A stretch of 64,000 nt of DNA from Eledone cirrhosa. Lineage: Eukaryota. The stretch is from positions 81,096,001-81,160,000 of the forward strand of contig OZ024746.1 of NCBI GenBank assembly GCA_964016885.1, in the 5' to 3' direction. This document shows, piece after piece, positions 36,092-49,942 of this stretch. How positions within the stretch are numbered: position 1 is the first letter of the stretch; each line of letters begins with the position of its first letter. The position numbers and the translations under genes were made by a program. The notes beneath the pieces were generated by a model that made no database searches, had not been told where the DNA came from, and worked only from the letters and a program-made list of their open reading frames with translations.

Positions 36092-38219
36092 ATTAAAAAA
36101 GTTTCTTCACAATCATATGATTCTATGTTTTGTCCCACTACATAGCATCTTGAGTAAGTGTCTTTTACCATAACTTCAATTTAACCCAAGCTTTGTGAAT
36201 GAAATCAGGTTGATGTAAACTGTGTGGAAGACTGTCAAATGGATTGTACCTGTAGTTCAAAGGGTCAGCCTTGTCACACTTTGTATCATGATGAATGTCT
36301 GAGAATTACATTCTAGTTTTGGCATGGCTTCTACAGCTGGATTATCAAATGCACCTTTTCATTTTCTTTAGATAGTAGGGTGTAATTTGAGGGGATTTGG
36401 CTGTTTTTCCTTGCAGCTTGAATGATCAGGTAGAGGTTTCCTTTGTCCTCTAAATGTTATTTCATTCTTATTAAGGAAAATAAAGTAAAATTGTTTGATT
36501 CAGCTGTTTTTTATATCAGCTTTAAAATAAGTGTTATGCCCAGAGTTAACTAAAATTCTAGTTCAGTTCAAATTGTATTTTATCTTGTATAAAATTAACA
36601 AGCTGTTCTGGTTATACACTTATCCAAAAATGACTTTATCTAGATCTAAAACATATTTTGACACAAAACAAACTGTTAAATGATTTTCCCAAACTCATGA
36701 AACCTACACTATATTTTACAAACAATCTCCTCTCACCTACTAATTTTAATATGGCATTAAATGAAACAAATTGTTTCAGAGAGAAAATGTATTCATATTC
36801 TTAAAAATGTCATCATCATTTAACATGAATTTTCTCTTTACAAGGGTTAGATTTAAAAAAAAAAAAATTTTTAATTAAATTTTATTAAAAGATGCATTAT
36901 TTCACAGAAACCCAGAATTTCTTTGTGGAACACATTTTGGAATATACTGAGGTTAAGCAAAACTATTTAGGAATATTGAGAGCATTAGTTACATGTATGA
37001 ACACATACTTTTTTAAATATGCCATTGTATACAGCAAATAATTCAGTTATTTAAATGAAGAAATATATTTGAGTTATTCTATTTTAAGGAGCATTAAATT
37101 TGTTGGAATGAAATGGATCTCTGTTGGTTTCGACGATGAATGTTCCATTATTCAATAAACAATAATGAAACTAAAAAAAAAAAAAGAAATAACAATTTGG
37201 GATGAAATTAAAATAAATTTTAGTTTGAGGATTATACATCATGTGATGTTACATGTTGATTGATATATAATTCTCAAACTAGAATAAATTTATTTTGATT
37301 TTCATAAGGGAATTGCTCCATGCAGAGTTGCTACCTCTCTGAATGGAGAAATCACAACTTTGGTACTATAGATGTATGGTTTGAAAGTTTAAGGAAAGAA
37401 TCAATGGGCAGATTTTATGGGCAAAGCTGACTGGCAGGAGCCCCATGAGCAAGATAGTTAGTTTGATAACATCAATGAGCTCAGTTGGTTTTGCTTGGAG
37501 ATCCAACCAGATCATATGAAGATAGGTGCTTCTGAGAGGATCCTTTGTAAAGCATGTCTCAGGACTCTGCTCCCATGAACCTCCCAGGAATAAATGGGCG
37601 AAGAAGAATTATATATTACACACTCTCTCTCTATCCCTCTCTCTTTCTGTACATATACACACTCTCTCTCTCTCTCTCTTTCTGTAATGTAAGTAAGTAA
37701 GCAGGAAGTGATGTATGCATTAAACTCTATTTAGTTAGATTTTTCAGCAATAGCTGCTGGGGGAAATGTTTGTCATATCCTTCAATTCCACTGCGAGTAG
37801 CTAAGACAAACTGGAATTCTAATTGACCACACACAATTTCATATACATGTAAACACACACACACACACTCTCACTCATACACATACACCTAAATTCTCAC
37901 ACATCCACATGCTCTAACACACATACACTCTCTCTCTCCCACACATACACATAAGTTCTCACACATTCTCATTCACTTACACACACTGATAAATGATTGT
38001 ACTCATACAATTCAACATTCTACACAAAACTGTTAAGTAATTTACTGTTACTTCAGATTTATATAAATATTTATACCTTTTTTTCACTTTTCTGTTATTT
38101 GAGACATGTGGCAACTCCAGGCTTGCAGTGTCTTCATATATTGGTAGAAAAGTCTTTATATTTAACGTAAGAGGCTTAACTACAGTTAAAGGAAAACTTT
38201 GTGAGAAGGAGAATAACAA

Positions 38220-38510
38220 AGGTTAAACAAGTCCTCTCCAATAGAGCATCTCTCCACTTGTTTCTTTACTTTGTCATTTTCTTTGTGATGTGTAGTTTCT
38301 GGAGATCAGTTTTCACCACCTCTGCCTATGTCTGTCTTGGTCTTCCTTTTCCATAGCTTCCTTCCACTTAGAACTTTTGGTATTTCTTCACCAAATGATT
38401 ATCATGCATACCCATTATATGTTCATACCAGTGCAACCTTCTTTCCTGTACACTGTATCTGATTTCTCTTATGGTCAGTTTTTCTCTCAGCTCACCCATG
38501 CTTTGTTGTA
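38220..38510 (-). mobile_element. Decayed RTE LINE 3' fragment
   Basis: Colinear similarity to 17660-17950 (CTCTCCACTTG...GTCTTCCT...CCATAC). Confidence 0.6.
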
Positions 38511-38690
38511 CATATACACAGCTGGAATGCCTTTGATGAGAAGTCTGCTATATCAGGATTAACCTTAGACTTAAGTCCATAATATAGAATATGGATGTTG
38601 TGATGAAATCAAATAGATCTGTTTCTTTTGCTTCACTTTTAATTTTCTTTTCCAATTTATTTTACTTATTAACCACCAAAATATCTACAG

Positions 38691-38921
38691 CAATGGTTTC
38701 CAAACTTGATTTGTTGTGGAACCCTAAGACGATTTTCAGAAAATACCAGAACCTCTAATTTTAAGAAGACATCAAATGGATCACATGCTGTTTTAGATCG
38801 AGAATTTATTAATATAAATAGAAAAACAATCATATAATAAATTTTTATTAAATTTTATTTAGACAGTCTATTTTGAAGAACAGCAGAATATTTTTAGTGG
38901 AACCCACTTTGGGAAACACTG
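38691..38921. mobile_element. hAT (Charlie-like) MITE
   Basis: TIRs CAATGGTTTCCAAAC / CTTTGGGAAACACTG; degenerate 8-bp TSD ATCTACAG/ATTTATAG; subterminal GTGGAACCC motifs. Confidence 0.7.
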
Positions 38922-40508
38922 ATTTATAGCAAGAAAAAATTGTTTATTCATATACATTTTTTCCATTCCTTTCAATTGAGAGAATAAATATGCCAATATC
39001 TTCAGTTTATTTCCCATACACCATAGATTACATTAAACTATAAGTAACCTAAGCTAAACTAGTTTTTCGTTTGTGTTTTTCTCTTCAATCAATTTCTTAT
39101 GCATGCAAAAAAACAAAAAAAGCGTGAACAGAGAAAAACATGTTTGAAAGCTATCTAGCAAGTTTTACTGTTTTAATTACTGTATAATTATGTGTATGTA
39201 AGAGAGGGAGAGAGAGTATGGAGGAACTCCAAACTTAAAACGAAGTATCAGTCTTGCCCGTGGGAGGAAACAGACCACACAAACATTTCCTTTCAGGAGA
39301 AATTTTCAACAGCTATCTACATTTTTTTACCCACCCTCTTATCTTCTTGTTTAACCACAACCACCCCCCAGGAAACATCTTAAAACAAAAAAACAACAAC
39401 TTAAAGGAAAGGAAATATGTAAGCGGCACTCTCCTCTCATTAAGAATTTACACCTGTCTTTGAAACTTTTGAAGATTCATAGCATATTGACTTCCTTTCC
39501 ATGCAACACTGATGATTTTGTTACTAGTAGTAAACTGTCAGTTTTAGAAACTTGTAATCTAGAAACAATCTGTTCTGATTTTTGTCTATTCAAGTAAGTG
39601 TCAGTATTTACAATTTCTTCAGTTTTTAAACTTGTAAAAGTTTGCCTGATATCTTATTTTAGCTCTTTCCATCAATTTCTCACTCTGTGCATCTATGTTG
39701 CATCCCTAAATATTTCAAAATGTTATATTTGTTGAGCTCTAAGTCTAATTATGATTTATGCTGTGGAATATATATGTCCTTTATTACTGAATGTGTATAT
39801 GCTCCTACAAAATTAATTCCTTGAGCACTCTGACACTTTCATAGCTGTATTTCTAACGGAATATACCCTACTTCAATTAATTAATGAAGAATTTTCATTT
39901 TTTAATTACTAAGATAGTAACCTAACTTATCATTTTTATATCAAGGTACGTTGAAAGATTTAAATTTTTTTTTGTTTCATAAGATCAGAGCAGGTTTTGG
40001 CTGGGTTGGTAATGATAGGGTTAGTTTTCCCTCATAAGATAGTTTCGTGCAGTTGAGTATCAGTGTATTATTTTTTTTAAAGGGCATCCAGCTGTAGAAA
40101 ACCTGCCAGATAGTCCTAATCTTACCTCAAGTGGGACAACTCCCATCTAACCCATGCTAGCATGGAAGATAGATGTTAAACGATGGTGATGATAATGATT
40201 TATCCATTCTTAGTCTTATACTCAGCTCATATGACTACAGGTCACAAAGGGATTTTATCCATTTGCACCACATGTTTTACAGTTAAAGACTTGATATGCA
40301 ATAAGATAATGCATATTTCTTTTATATCTGTATCAGAAGATAACTCTTTCATATTTATTCTTTCTTTCACTCTATAGACATGTGTCACGGCCACAAATAA
40401 TTCATAATTTTATATTGAGCTGTTTTAATGAAAAACACCTCACCAAGATGTTGTACTGTGTGGGGTACATATGTGTCTTATCAACTCTCTCTCTGTATGT
40501 ACACATAC

Positions 40509-40565
<57 letters not shown>

Positions 40566-41689
40566 ATCTTCAAAATGAAATAATTAATAATTTTAGTAAA
40601 TCCCTCCAAAATCTTCATTAATAAATTGAAATATATTAAATGCTAAAGGGAGTTGGTGACTGAAATACCTTGTATTTCATTAGAAATATGGTTATGAAAG
40701 GGTTAAATAATATTTTTGTTGATTATCTCATAGCCTAATTGAGTAAGCATATAATCAAAAGCTTTCCAGTCCTGATCAACCCATTTTTTGCTGATTTTGT
40801 TTCAGTATTTAGAATTTCTTTATCCAATGTGTGCTTTTATTTTAAGTTTATAGATATGAGTGAGATTTGACTGCTATTTCTAGTAGTTTGAGTGAACACA
40901 TGGAGACTATCTGATTACCTATGAAGCCTCTCTTATCTCCACTATACGGGTGGAGGTGGCCTCTCTATGTTACCATTTCCTTAGTTATTTCCATGGATTG
41001 TTTCAGGTTGTCTTTGACACTCCCATCTCCTTTCTGTTTTTACTGCTTAATCTAGTCTTCTTCCAAGTAAAATAATCTTAAGCAGTGTGATTCAGATCAA
41101 GCAAACTGGTTATGTGACCTAATATTTCTACATTACATTACATCACTGACCTTAACAGCTGTTGCATATTATAAGGTCAAGTAATAATTATATAAAACAA
41201 TCATTTAAAATGTGGTAACTGAAAGAAAATACAATGGAATTATGAGAATTATTATGCAATCAATCCAGCTTTTAATTTAATCAGTCAGCATTAATACTTT
41301 TTTTTCGCAATGAAGCAAACATTTCTAATTTAAGTTTTTAAGCAATTTTAGTTGTTTTTTTTTTCTTTCTTTGCCATTATTTTCTATAAATACTTTAACA
41401 ATTGTTGTATCAACTGTATAGTTTTCTCAATCAGCTGATTGTTGACATTTTATTTTACAAAGGTCATTTTTACTGGTATTTTATTTTCAATTCTTTAACC
41501 TAAATTATTTGATATCATTATAAATAATAAAAAAAAATTCAATGGAAATGTAATTAAATAGAATTCAGTAATTCAGGACTTCAATAATTATATTTTTCTC
41601 CTGTCAGGAAAAATATTCATAAATATATTTAATCTTACTCTTCTTGCTCATGTCAAGTCATCACTTCAGATTTAAATAACGTTCAAACT

Positions 41690-41965
41690 TCTTCTCCTCC
41701 TCCTTCCTGGGAGGGCTGTGAGTACAGTCTTCCAGCAGGTTCTATCAGAAGCAACTGTCTCCAATTGATCTAACTGGATCTCCAAGTAAGACGTACTGAA
41801 CTCACCGATGTTAACCAACAATCTTGCTTGGGGTCTAACTGTGAGTCTTCTGCCAGTTGGTTTTTGCTCATAAAATCTGTCCAGTAGTTCTTTCCTGAGA
41901 CATTCCAACTATATGTCTGTAGTATTGGAGCTGTGTTCTCTCAATTTGGAGAAGTAGCAGTTCTA
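41690..41965 (-). mobile_element. Decayed RTE-like LINE fragment
   Basis: Minus ...KPTGRRLTVRPQAR...VASDRTCWK resembles the RTE C-terminal GRPR...A.DR..W pattern. Confidence 0.5.
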
Positions 41966-44478
41966 CCTGGAGTGACAAATTTCATGTTATAATTGTGATT
42001 TAAGAATGGTTTTTCACTGATTTATTTCTTTTTCCTCTATTGCCTTGCTTTCTGCTAAAATTGTTATTTACTCCTACAATTTTAGATTGAAATTTTACTC
42101 TGAAATGTTGTCAGATTATTTTATAAAAACGATGTGCTTGTTGCAGTGATGGAAATTGGAGGAGCCTTCAGTCTGGTCGGGCGTACGACAATTTCTCTAG
42201 TGTTGGAGCCATGGCAAAATGTACTCAGTACACCCTGTAAATTGTTAGGGTTGGCAGCACAAAAAAACCTCTAGTACACTCTGTAAAGTGGTAGTGGTTG
42301 TACTGCCAAAACACACATCCACTGCATCTTGAGAGGTGCTTAGCATTAAGAAAGGCATCCAATCATAGAAACCATACCAAATATGGAACATATTAGCAAG
42401 TTGAGGTCTCTCTGATTTGTCTGATCTCAGACTGTGACTACCTGTCTAACCCATGTTAATATGGAAAACTTACAAAAAATGATGATACGCAGGGATGCAT
42501 AACCAAATCGTTAAAATCTCTGGGTTTGGTCCTACATAATACTCCTTTGGGTAAGTGTCTTCTGCCATAGCCACGGGTCAATAAAAGCCTTTTTAGTAAA
42601 ATTGAGTTGATAGAAAGTCTACAGAAACTCATAAGAATCGCTGTAACTTGTATAATTAAAAGCTTCAGTTTTGTTGCATTGGTTCTGCTTAAGGTATAAT
42701 TACTTTATATGTACAAGCACCTATAGAGGTATATAGCTACTTATGTTATAATTCCATGAGCTGTTAGATCTATTGATTAAATCGCTGGAATTTCCATTCA
42801 TTGAAATCATTGCAAAAGTCATTCATAAATTTATAATTAAGAGTTTAACATAAATTGTAAGTGACCAAGCTAATATTGAGTATGTTGACAAAAGCATCAA
42901 TGGCCTGTTTTCTATGATTAGTGCTGCACTTAGTCTATGATGAAAACAGTTAACTTTTACTAGTTGTAAATAAATAAGTACAGATTAGCAGCAGAAACAC
43001 TGAATAATAAATATGTTTTGTGTTCACTTGCAATGTTAAAGTCCACCTTGGAAACTGGCCAAGATGTATTTATAACAGCTTGTTTAATATATTCTATCAT
43101 AATTATTCTAAAGTGACTTTGCAGGGATAAACCTGTTTAATGTTCTTCTTAGGAGACTTGTTCTATGGTTCAGTTTTCCAAATATATATCAACCTTGCAT
43201 CTGATATACCTAAAATGTTTATACCTCATCAGTCCATCAGAGAACCCACTCTTTATTATTTCTTCACTGTCTACAAAGTAGAAGTCACTGTTAGACTTAA
43301 GTTAACCACCTGGACCTTTGATTCAAGCCTTCTCTTCCTGGTTTTAAACAGATTTTCAATGAGTATCAAAGCAATAGTTTTCAATGCTACTAAATCCTTA
43401 ATTCTGTGATAACTTTAATAACTGTAATGAAGAAAAAAGGTATGAAAATAGAACATAAAGGGACACTGAATCTATAATAGTTACCTCTTTCAGTCCACTG
43501 ATGATGTTCATCTAATTTTTTTTTATTTTGTGCATGCTTGGATAGTTCTCTTCATTTAGTTTATTTATTCCCATCAAGCTCTTCTGTCATTCAATCATTA
43601 ATTATCGAAGGTCACTTTAGTCATGACTAACCATAGGTTTACAACTGGAATGTACCTCTCTAAGGTGCAAGCCTGGGTATGGCGATTTTATGAAAAACCA
43701 TCATACAGATGTTGTTAAAGGGAAAAGCAAAGGCTGATGCAGCTGGGCACAGGTTTTGTTGCAGGTGAACGACTCTTCTTTTGATGGGATGCCAGTCTGT
43801 CTCGGAGTTAACCACCATCTACAGCTGATACTTGTGTTTCTAGCTGAGCGAACTCGAGCAATGTGAAATAAAGTGCCTTACTCAAGGACACAATGCATTG
43901 CATGGTTCAGGAATCAAACATTTTTTTTTCTTTCTTTCTGCAAGTTTTCTATCTTAATCAGTTCAAACCTCGCTGTCTGCTGCATCTTTGTTGAAACATT
44001 TTATTTCCCCAATGTACATATCTGGTTAGTGTTAAGATTGACATATAGTTAGAAAAAGACAGTTTTAAAAAATAAACATGGCCATATTTTTCATTGAAAA
44101 ATAGACCTTTTTTTTATTTCATCAAATGATTTTCGTGACATCGTAGAGGAAAAGTAACATTCATAGATGTAACAGCAGCTGTGTTGACGAATATATGTGT
44201 TTTATTGTCTAAAACAAACACAAAAAAATCATTTACTTTATATAGGAGAAAAGATATCTACTCAGTTATAATACTGTGGATGATTTAAATGTATCTAAAA
44301 TCTGTTGACATAGACAAATTTCATACAGAATCTGTCAATAAAAAATATCAATTTCAATGCTCGTCAAACATTAATGTATAATTAAATGCAAATACTCTCC
44401 CTCTCTCTCTTTCTCTCTCTACATATATGTACACACATTCATACTACATTATTTACGTAATTTTTTCTTTATTTATAG

Positions 44479-44942
44479 GAAGTGAAGGGACTTTTGCAAC
44501 AACCCCTGGTTCTCATACAAATAATGCTGCCAAAACACATTTAATAAACAATGACTCACCAGGCTCCCTTGATCTAGGTTCACAATCTGCTCCTGATTCC
44601 TTTATTGATATTCCTAGCCGAAAACCCTCCTATCTAAAGCTTAGTTGTTCTGTGAGTGGTTATGGCAAGTACAGTGTTTATAGCTCCTACAAGGATATTG
44701 AAAGGCGCTCACCATTCTCAAGCAGTTCTTCATTGAAGGCAGAATCCAGATCAACATCATGTGAAATGCCTGCCATACAATCAGATAATAAGGAAGTTAC
44801 AAAAAGTACTGATGCTAGTCCTTCTAAAGACAAAGAGCTGAAGGACGACATGGATGGCTTTATACCTGCATCTTCTAATGGCATTGATGGTTTTCCAGAA
44901 CCTTCTGTTATTAACATCACATCAGCTGAATCATCTCATGTG
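44479..44942 (+). CDS. DLGAP: DLGAP/SAPAP (GKAP, vulcan-like) gene, large Ser-rich exon
   Basis: TTTTTTCTTTATTTATAG|GA acceptor, 464-nt open frame, GTG|GTAAGT phase-0 donor matching the next exon; contains RKPSYLKLSCSVSGY. Confidence 0.8.
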
Positions 44943-45719
44943 GTAAGTGTTATCTAACAGATTTTTCTTGATTCAATGATACAGAAATAAATCTAGTAAG
45001 ATTATGTAATGTTGTTATGTAATATTATTTGATTTCAAAACTACTTTACAGGCCATTTCTTTACATATTATTCATTCTTCTCCACAACCCAGATATATTC
45101 AAACTTTGTAAAGTACATTCTGACCTCCTTCATTTCAGATTTTAGAGATTAACAAGAGATTAACACCATCTAAATATTTTTTAAATATAGAGAGAAATAG
45201 AAAAATTCACAAGACTCTATTCAAACAATATCTGATCTTATATCTGTAATACTTTTTTTTTTTTAGCAATAACAATCTTGTCTTTAATTTTCAACATAGC
45301 ACCATATAAATAATTTCTGGCATAGATGTTTTAAATTTTCACTACTAAATTCGAGAATTTACTTTCTTACAAATATGTTGAACAATTAGAAGGGTGTTTG
45401 CTTCAATGGGTACAGAAATGTTGTTAAGAAGTTTCCTTTGCAACCATATGTTTTTTTTAGTTTGATCACACTACCTAGTGCTTTAGGCAAGTATCTTCTA
45501 TCATAGTCCTGTATTGCTATGTATCCTTATGAGAAGAATTTGGTAATTAGAAACTGTTTAGAAACTCATCTTATATAGATATGTGTAAAACCCACATTCA
45601 ACTTTGTGCCTAGCAGTTTACTACATTATTTCCAATGTTTCAGCATTAGAAATAACCACAGTAGGGTCGAATGTGCTGAGTGGGGGAAATATTAGGAGTT
45701 AACTAACATTATTCTTTGG

Positions 45720-45818
45720 CTGAGGTTGACTTTGCCTTTCATCCTTACGGGGTCGATAAAATAAAGTACCAGTAACGTACTGGGTAATTGTTGGCTTTGT
45801 GCCTAAAGTAGAAACAAT
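45720..45818 (+). mobile_element. 5'-truncated family 1 SINE with 17-bp TSD
   Basis: ATTATTCTTTGGCTGAG at 45708-45724 and 45817-45833; CTGAG microhomology at the truncation point. Confidence 0.9.
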
Positions 45819-45910
45819 TATTCTTTGGCTGAGCAAACAATAGAGACAACTTTGAGCATTTTTGACTTATTAGGTTTCATCTGGAGAAATGTTGTCCCTT
45901 GCTTGCTTAA

Positions 45911-46133
45911 CCCTTTAGCATTTAAACTGGCCTTATCTGACCAGAATTCCCTCACCTCTTTCTGTTAAAACCAGCTGTAACTGGCTGCTGATACTGATGT
46001 TAAGGTATGATTCTAAAAATAAATAATATCAAAATCTCATAGATTCGATATTATGTGAGATAATTATGCGAGATAAAATGTTTGCTGTGAAAATACAATA
46101 GTATATATATATAGTAATGTAAATGCTAAAGGG
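45911..46133 (+). mobile_element. TTAA-type (piggyBac-like) MITE family 1, reference full-length copy (223 bp)
   Basis: TTAA TSD on both sides; perfect 14-bp TIR CCCTTTAGCATTTA / TAAATGCTAAAGGG. Confidence 0.92.
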
Positions 46134-47070
46134 TTAAGCAAAGAATAATGTTAGTTAATTATCATTATCACCATCATTATTTTACATCTGATTTCCATGC
46201 TGACATATCACAATTCAAGTCACTTCTTATTTGAAGTTACTGTTGTTGCACCTAGGCAAAAACTGTACCTAGTCACTTTCATTTGCTGAGCTATTCTTAT
46301 ACATTAATATAGCAGATCTCTCTCAAACATTACAGCTTTGGCTAGATCCTTACAGTTACATGCTCTTCTTTACACTAACTACTTTATCAAATGTATTAGG
46401 TGCATTTTATCTTAGCACCAGTACTAGAGGGGCTGAACAGAGAACAACAATGTATTTAATGTTCTGCTTCTTTACAAGCACAGACAATGGTTGTACTATT
46501 AAATGCTGGTTTAGTTTATTTGGCCCATACCTTAAACACACTTTACTTGAGCTATAGTATTGAAAAAAACATCAACTGAATTAAAATATATTATAATCAC
46601 CACCATCATTATCACTATCACCACCAAATTGTTGACTTAGTAAAGGAAAAAAAAAAGAAATTCATACAAACAAAGGTTGTATAGTTTGATTTAGCAACCA
46701 ACCTACTTCCATGAAATTCTGTTTCTTTCCTTTAAACTTTTCAAGTGTCCAGACAATCCCCTTCTGACTACATATATATATATATAGTATTCCAATTTAC
46801 ATTAATTTACATTAATTTTAAGCTTGTGTATATGTGTATAGGTGTATATGTGTTCACCTATTTCTCATTCTACCTTCTTTCATAGCATCCACACCAATCT
46901 TTACAGTGAGGGGAAGAGGGACACAACCATTTCATTAATTCTGAATGTGTTTTACTTTTCAATTTCAATATCCATTAAACAATCATTTACCACCACCTCC
47001 ATCTCTCATTTAATATAAGTCACTTTAGATTATTTGTGCCTATGTTTCATTACTCTATTCAACAATCTAC

Positions 47071-47134
<64 letters not shown>

Positions 47135-47175
47135 ATATTTACTAGTTGTAACCCAACAATTTTAAATATAACTTT

Positions 47176-47217
<42 letters not shown>

Positions 47218-47238
47218 ATGTGCGTGTGTGTATATATA

Positions 47239-47270
<32 letters not shown>

Positions 47271-47311
47271 ATATTTACTAGTTGTAACCCAACAATTTTA
47301 AATATAACTTT

Positions 47312-47358
<47 letters not shown>

Positions 47359-48399
47359 CACATATACATACATACACAGACACTAATTTGTTTTATCTGA
47401 ATATTGTCATTACCAATAGATAATTTTGGGGGGGTTTGATTTCCTTTTCTTGACTTGAATAATACCTACATTTCTTCATCCCATTCCATTCCATTATCTT
47501 TATTCAAATTGAAAATGGAATTAAAAAAACAAATAGAAAATAAAAGGTGGGCATTAACAGAAATGGTTTGTCACTAAATATTTATTTCATCTAGGTGTAA
47601 TATAAATGTAAATTATTTAGACTGTTTTCAACCTTTATAAACTACTATCATTGATTTATTTTGAGTGTATAAAACTATGGCATCAGGTTTCATTTTCAGC
47701 CACAACTGAAATTTATACACTGTTACAAATTTTAACAGAATACTGTAAAAATAGCTTTATGAACTCAGGTTCTCACATACTAACAGACTAATTAATTTAA
47801 ACCTAGCTGCTTATATTTATTTATAAGTTATTGTTTTCCTTCTATTTTATGCCATTTTAAAGCCAGAAACCTTCTGGCTTTAAGTGGGGATGGCTATGTG
47901 GTTAAAGGGTTCACTTCACAATTACACAAAAAAGAGATAGATAAAATAAAAACCAGACTTGAAAAAGTAAGTATTGGGGTCCACTAAATCAAGGTAATGG
48001 CTCCAACATGACTTCAGTCTAAGAATTGAAACTAGTAAAAGAATAAAAAGAAGAATGGGAGAGGTATCAGTTTGTAAGAACTCTGTAGGTCTAACTTTGT
48101 TGATGATCAGCTTGAACTTGTTTGTCAACACCTACAGGAAAAAATGTAGGCAGGGAAGGAATTCCAGAGATTTTCCTCTCTGAGAAGGAATGATTAAGTG
48201 TTTAATATGGAATCTGGTAGACACGAGACACTGTAATGATAATAAGAGAAGTAGTAGGTATATTATAGTGGATAGGCTGTGGTAGGAGAGGCAATTTGTC
48301 TTTAAGCCAGAGGTCATAGTATGTCAGTGAGATTTTGCCTATAAACTGGACTGCTTTTGTTTGAATGAGATCTGCTTTTTGTTTGAATATATATATATA

Positions 48400-48731
48400 T
48401 CATCATTATTTTATGTCCGCTTTTCCCTGCTTGCAAGGGTGGGACGGGATCTGATTCTGGCTTGATTTCTACAGCTGGATACCCTTCCTAACACCAACCT
48501 CATTTACAGTGAGTGCTGGGTGCTTTTTTGCCATGGCACCTCCACGACCACTTTTCAGTGGAATGATAGGGACCCCAGTCCCTATCATCTCATTTCTACA
48601 GCTGAGTAAACTGGAGCAATGTGAAATAAAGTGCCTTGCTCAAGGAAACAACACATCACCCGGTCTGAGAATTGAACTCACAACCTTTCGATTGCAAGGC
48701 CAATGCTCTAACCACTAAGCCATGTGCCTCC
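48400..48731 (-). mobile_element. Composite SINE: family 2 tRNA/CORE-like head joined to family 3 body and RTE tail
   Basis: A and B boxes at 48660-48725, CCTTGAGCAAGGCACTTTA core-like segment, then GGTATCCAGCTGTAGAAATC and a tail sharing CGCTTTTCCCTGCTTGCAAGGGTGGG with the RTE end at 17637-17662. Confidence 0.75.
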
Positions 48732-49729
48732 ATATATATATATATAATAGTACCACCACCATTGCAGATATGTGAGATGTGAGCAGTAATTTAACAATTT
48801 GGATACCATATCTAACTGCCTAAATTACATGATATATGGCTATTTGTTGTAAAACATTTATATTTATCTAAAATCCTTCCATAATTTTATATAAAAACCC
48901 ATATGTTCCAAACATCAACTTAATAATGATAAAGGTAATATTACAAAATCCCTCCAACTTCTTGATTATTTTCAAAATGCCTTCAAAATTAGAACAGTCT
49001 CTTTCATTAGAATTGTGACAACAAAAGGGTTGAGTCATACTTTAGATTCATAGAAAGTTAGCAGCTAATGAAGGCACAAATATATTATCGCCCAGAAGAA
49101 GAAATCTTTTCCTTGGGATGCAATGTTTGCAATTTCCTTCTATATGTGATGTTACAAGAAGAGATTGGTTGTGTCTTGTTACTGTTAACTCTTAACATCC
49201 TGTAATAAGTTAGAAAATATCTAAAAATGGATTTCTTAATTCAAATGTTTATAGAATTTTTATTAGTGGACAGATTGTTGTGAATATGTATTTATGGTAT
49301 TAGGGAAGATTTTAATTTTTAATGTGATGCAGTCATAGTGATATTTTGTACTTTTCAAGAATGTCTTGCTATATGGTTTTGTGTGGTACAGGATGCTGAA
49401 AGTTAAGAGAACAGGCTGAAAGATATTTTTGTGGTATCTGTTGTTGAAGGTAGTGCAGATCTAATATAAAGTGTGTATGTGCACGTGTGTGCCTAAGGAA
49501 GATTGAAGAGGGGTATCATCTACATAGGAGTATCTATTGTTAGATGTAACAGCATGTAAGTTAATGTATAGATGAAAGTGTGTGAGAAACAAGTAAACCA
49601 TAAGATTCATTAGTGTCAATAGAATATTGAGATCTCTTCATACCATTGGTTTTTCTAATTACTACATATTCTAACACCCCCCCCCTCTCTCTCTCTCTCT
49701 CTGTATGTATGTGTGTATATATATATATA

Positions 49730-49815
49730 TATAAAAATAAAAAATCTTTATCTTCTATTCCTGTGAAGAGTTATGGATTCATGTCCCATCAGGATCTTAG
49801 CTTCTCTCTCTCTCT

Positions 49816-49857
<42 letters not shown>

Positions 49858-49942
49858 AGAGAGAGAGAGAAGCTAAGATCCTGATGGGACATGAATCCAT
49901 AACTTTTCACAGGAATAGAAGATAAAGATTTTTATTTTTATA
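49730..49942. repeat. Foldback palindrome, ~88-bp arms around (TA)n
   Basis: 49730-49818 is the reverse complement of 49855-49942 with one mismatch and one 1-nt indel; the (TA)n centre is itself self-complementary. Confidence 0.95.

Noticed and set aside
44427-44478. ATG at 44427 as the DLGAP start
   Set aside because: The first 17 codons are a polypyrimidine tract ending in TAG, so they are intron.
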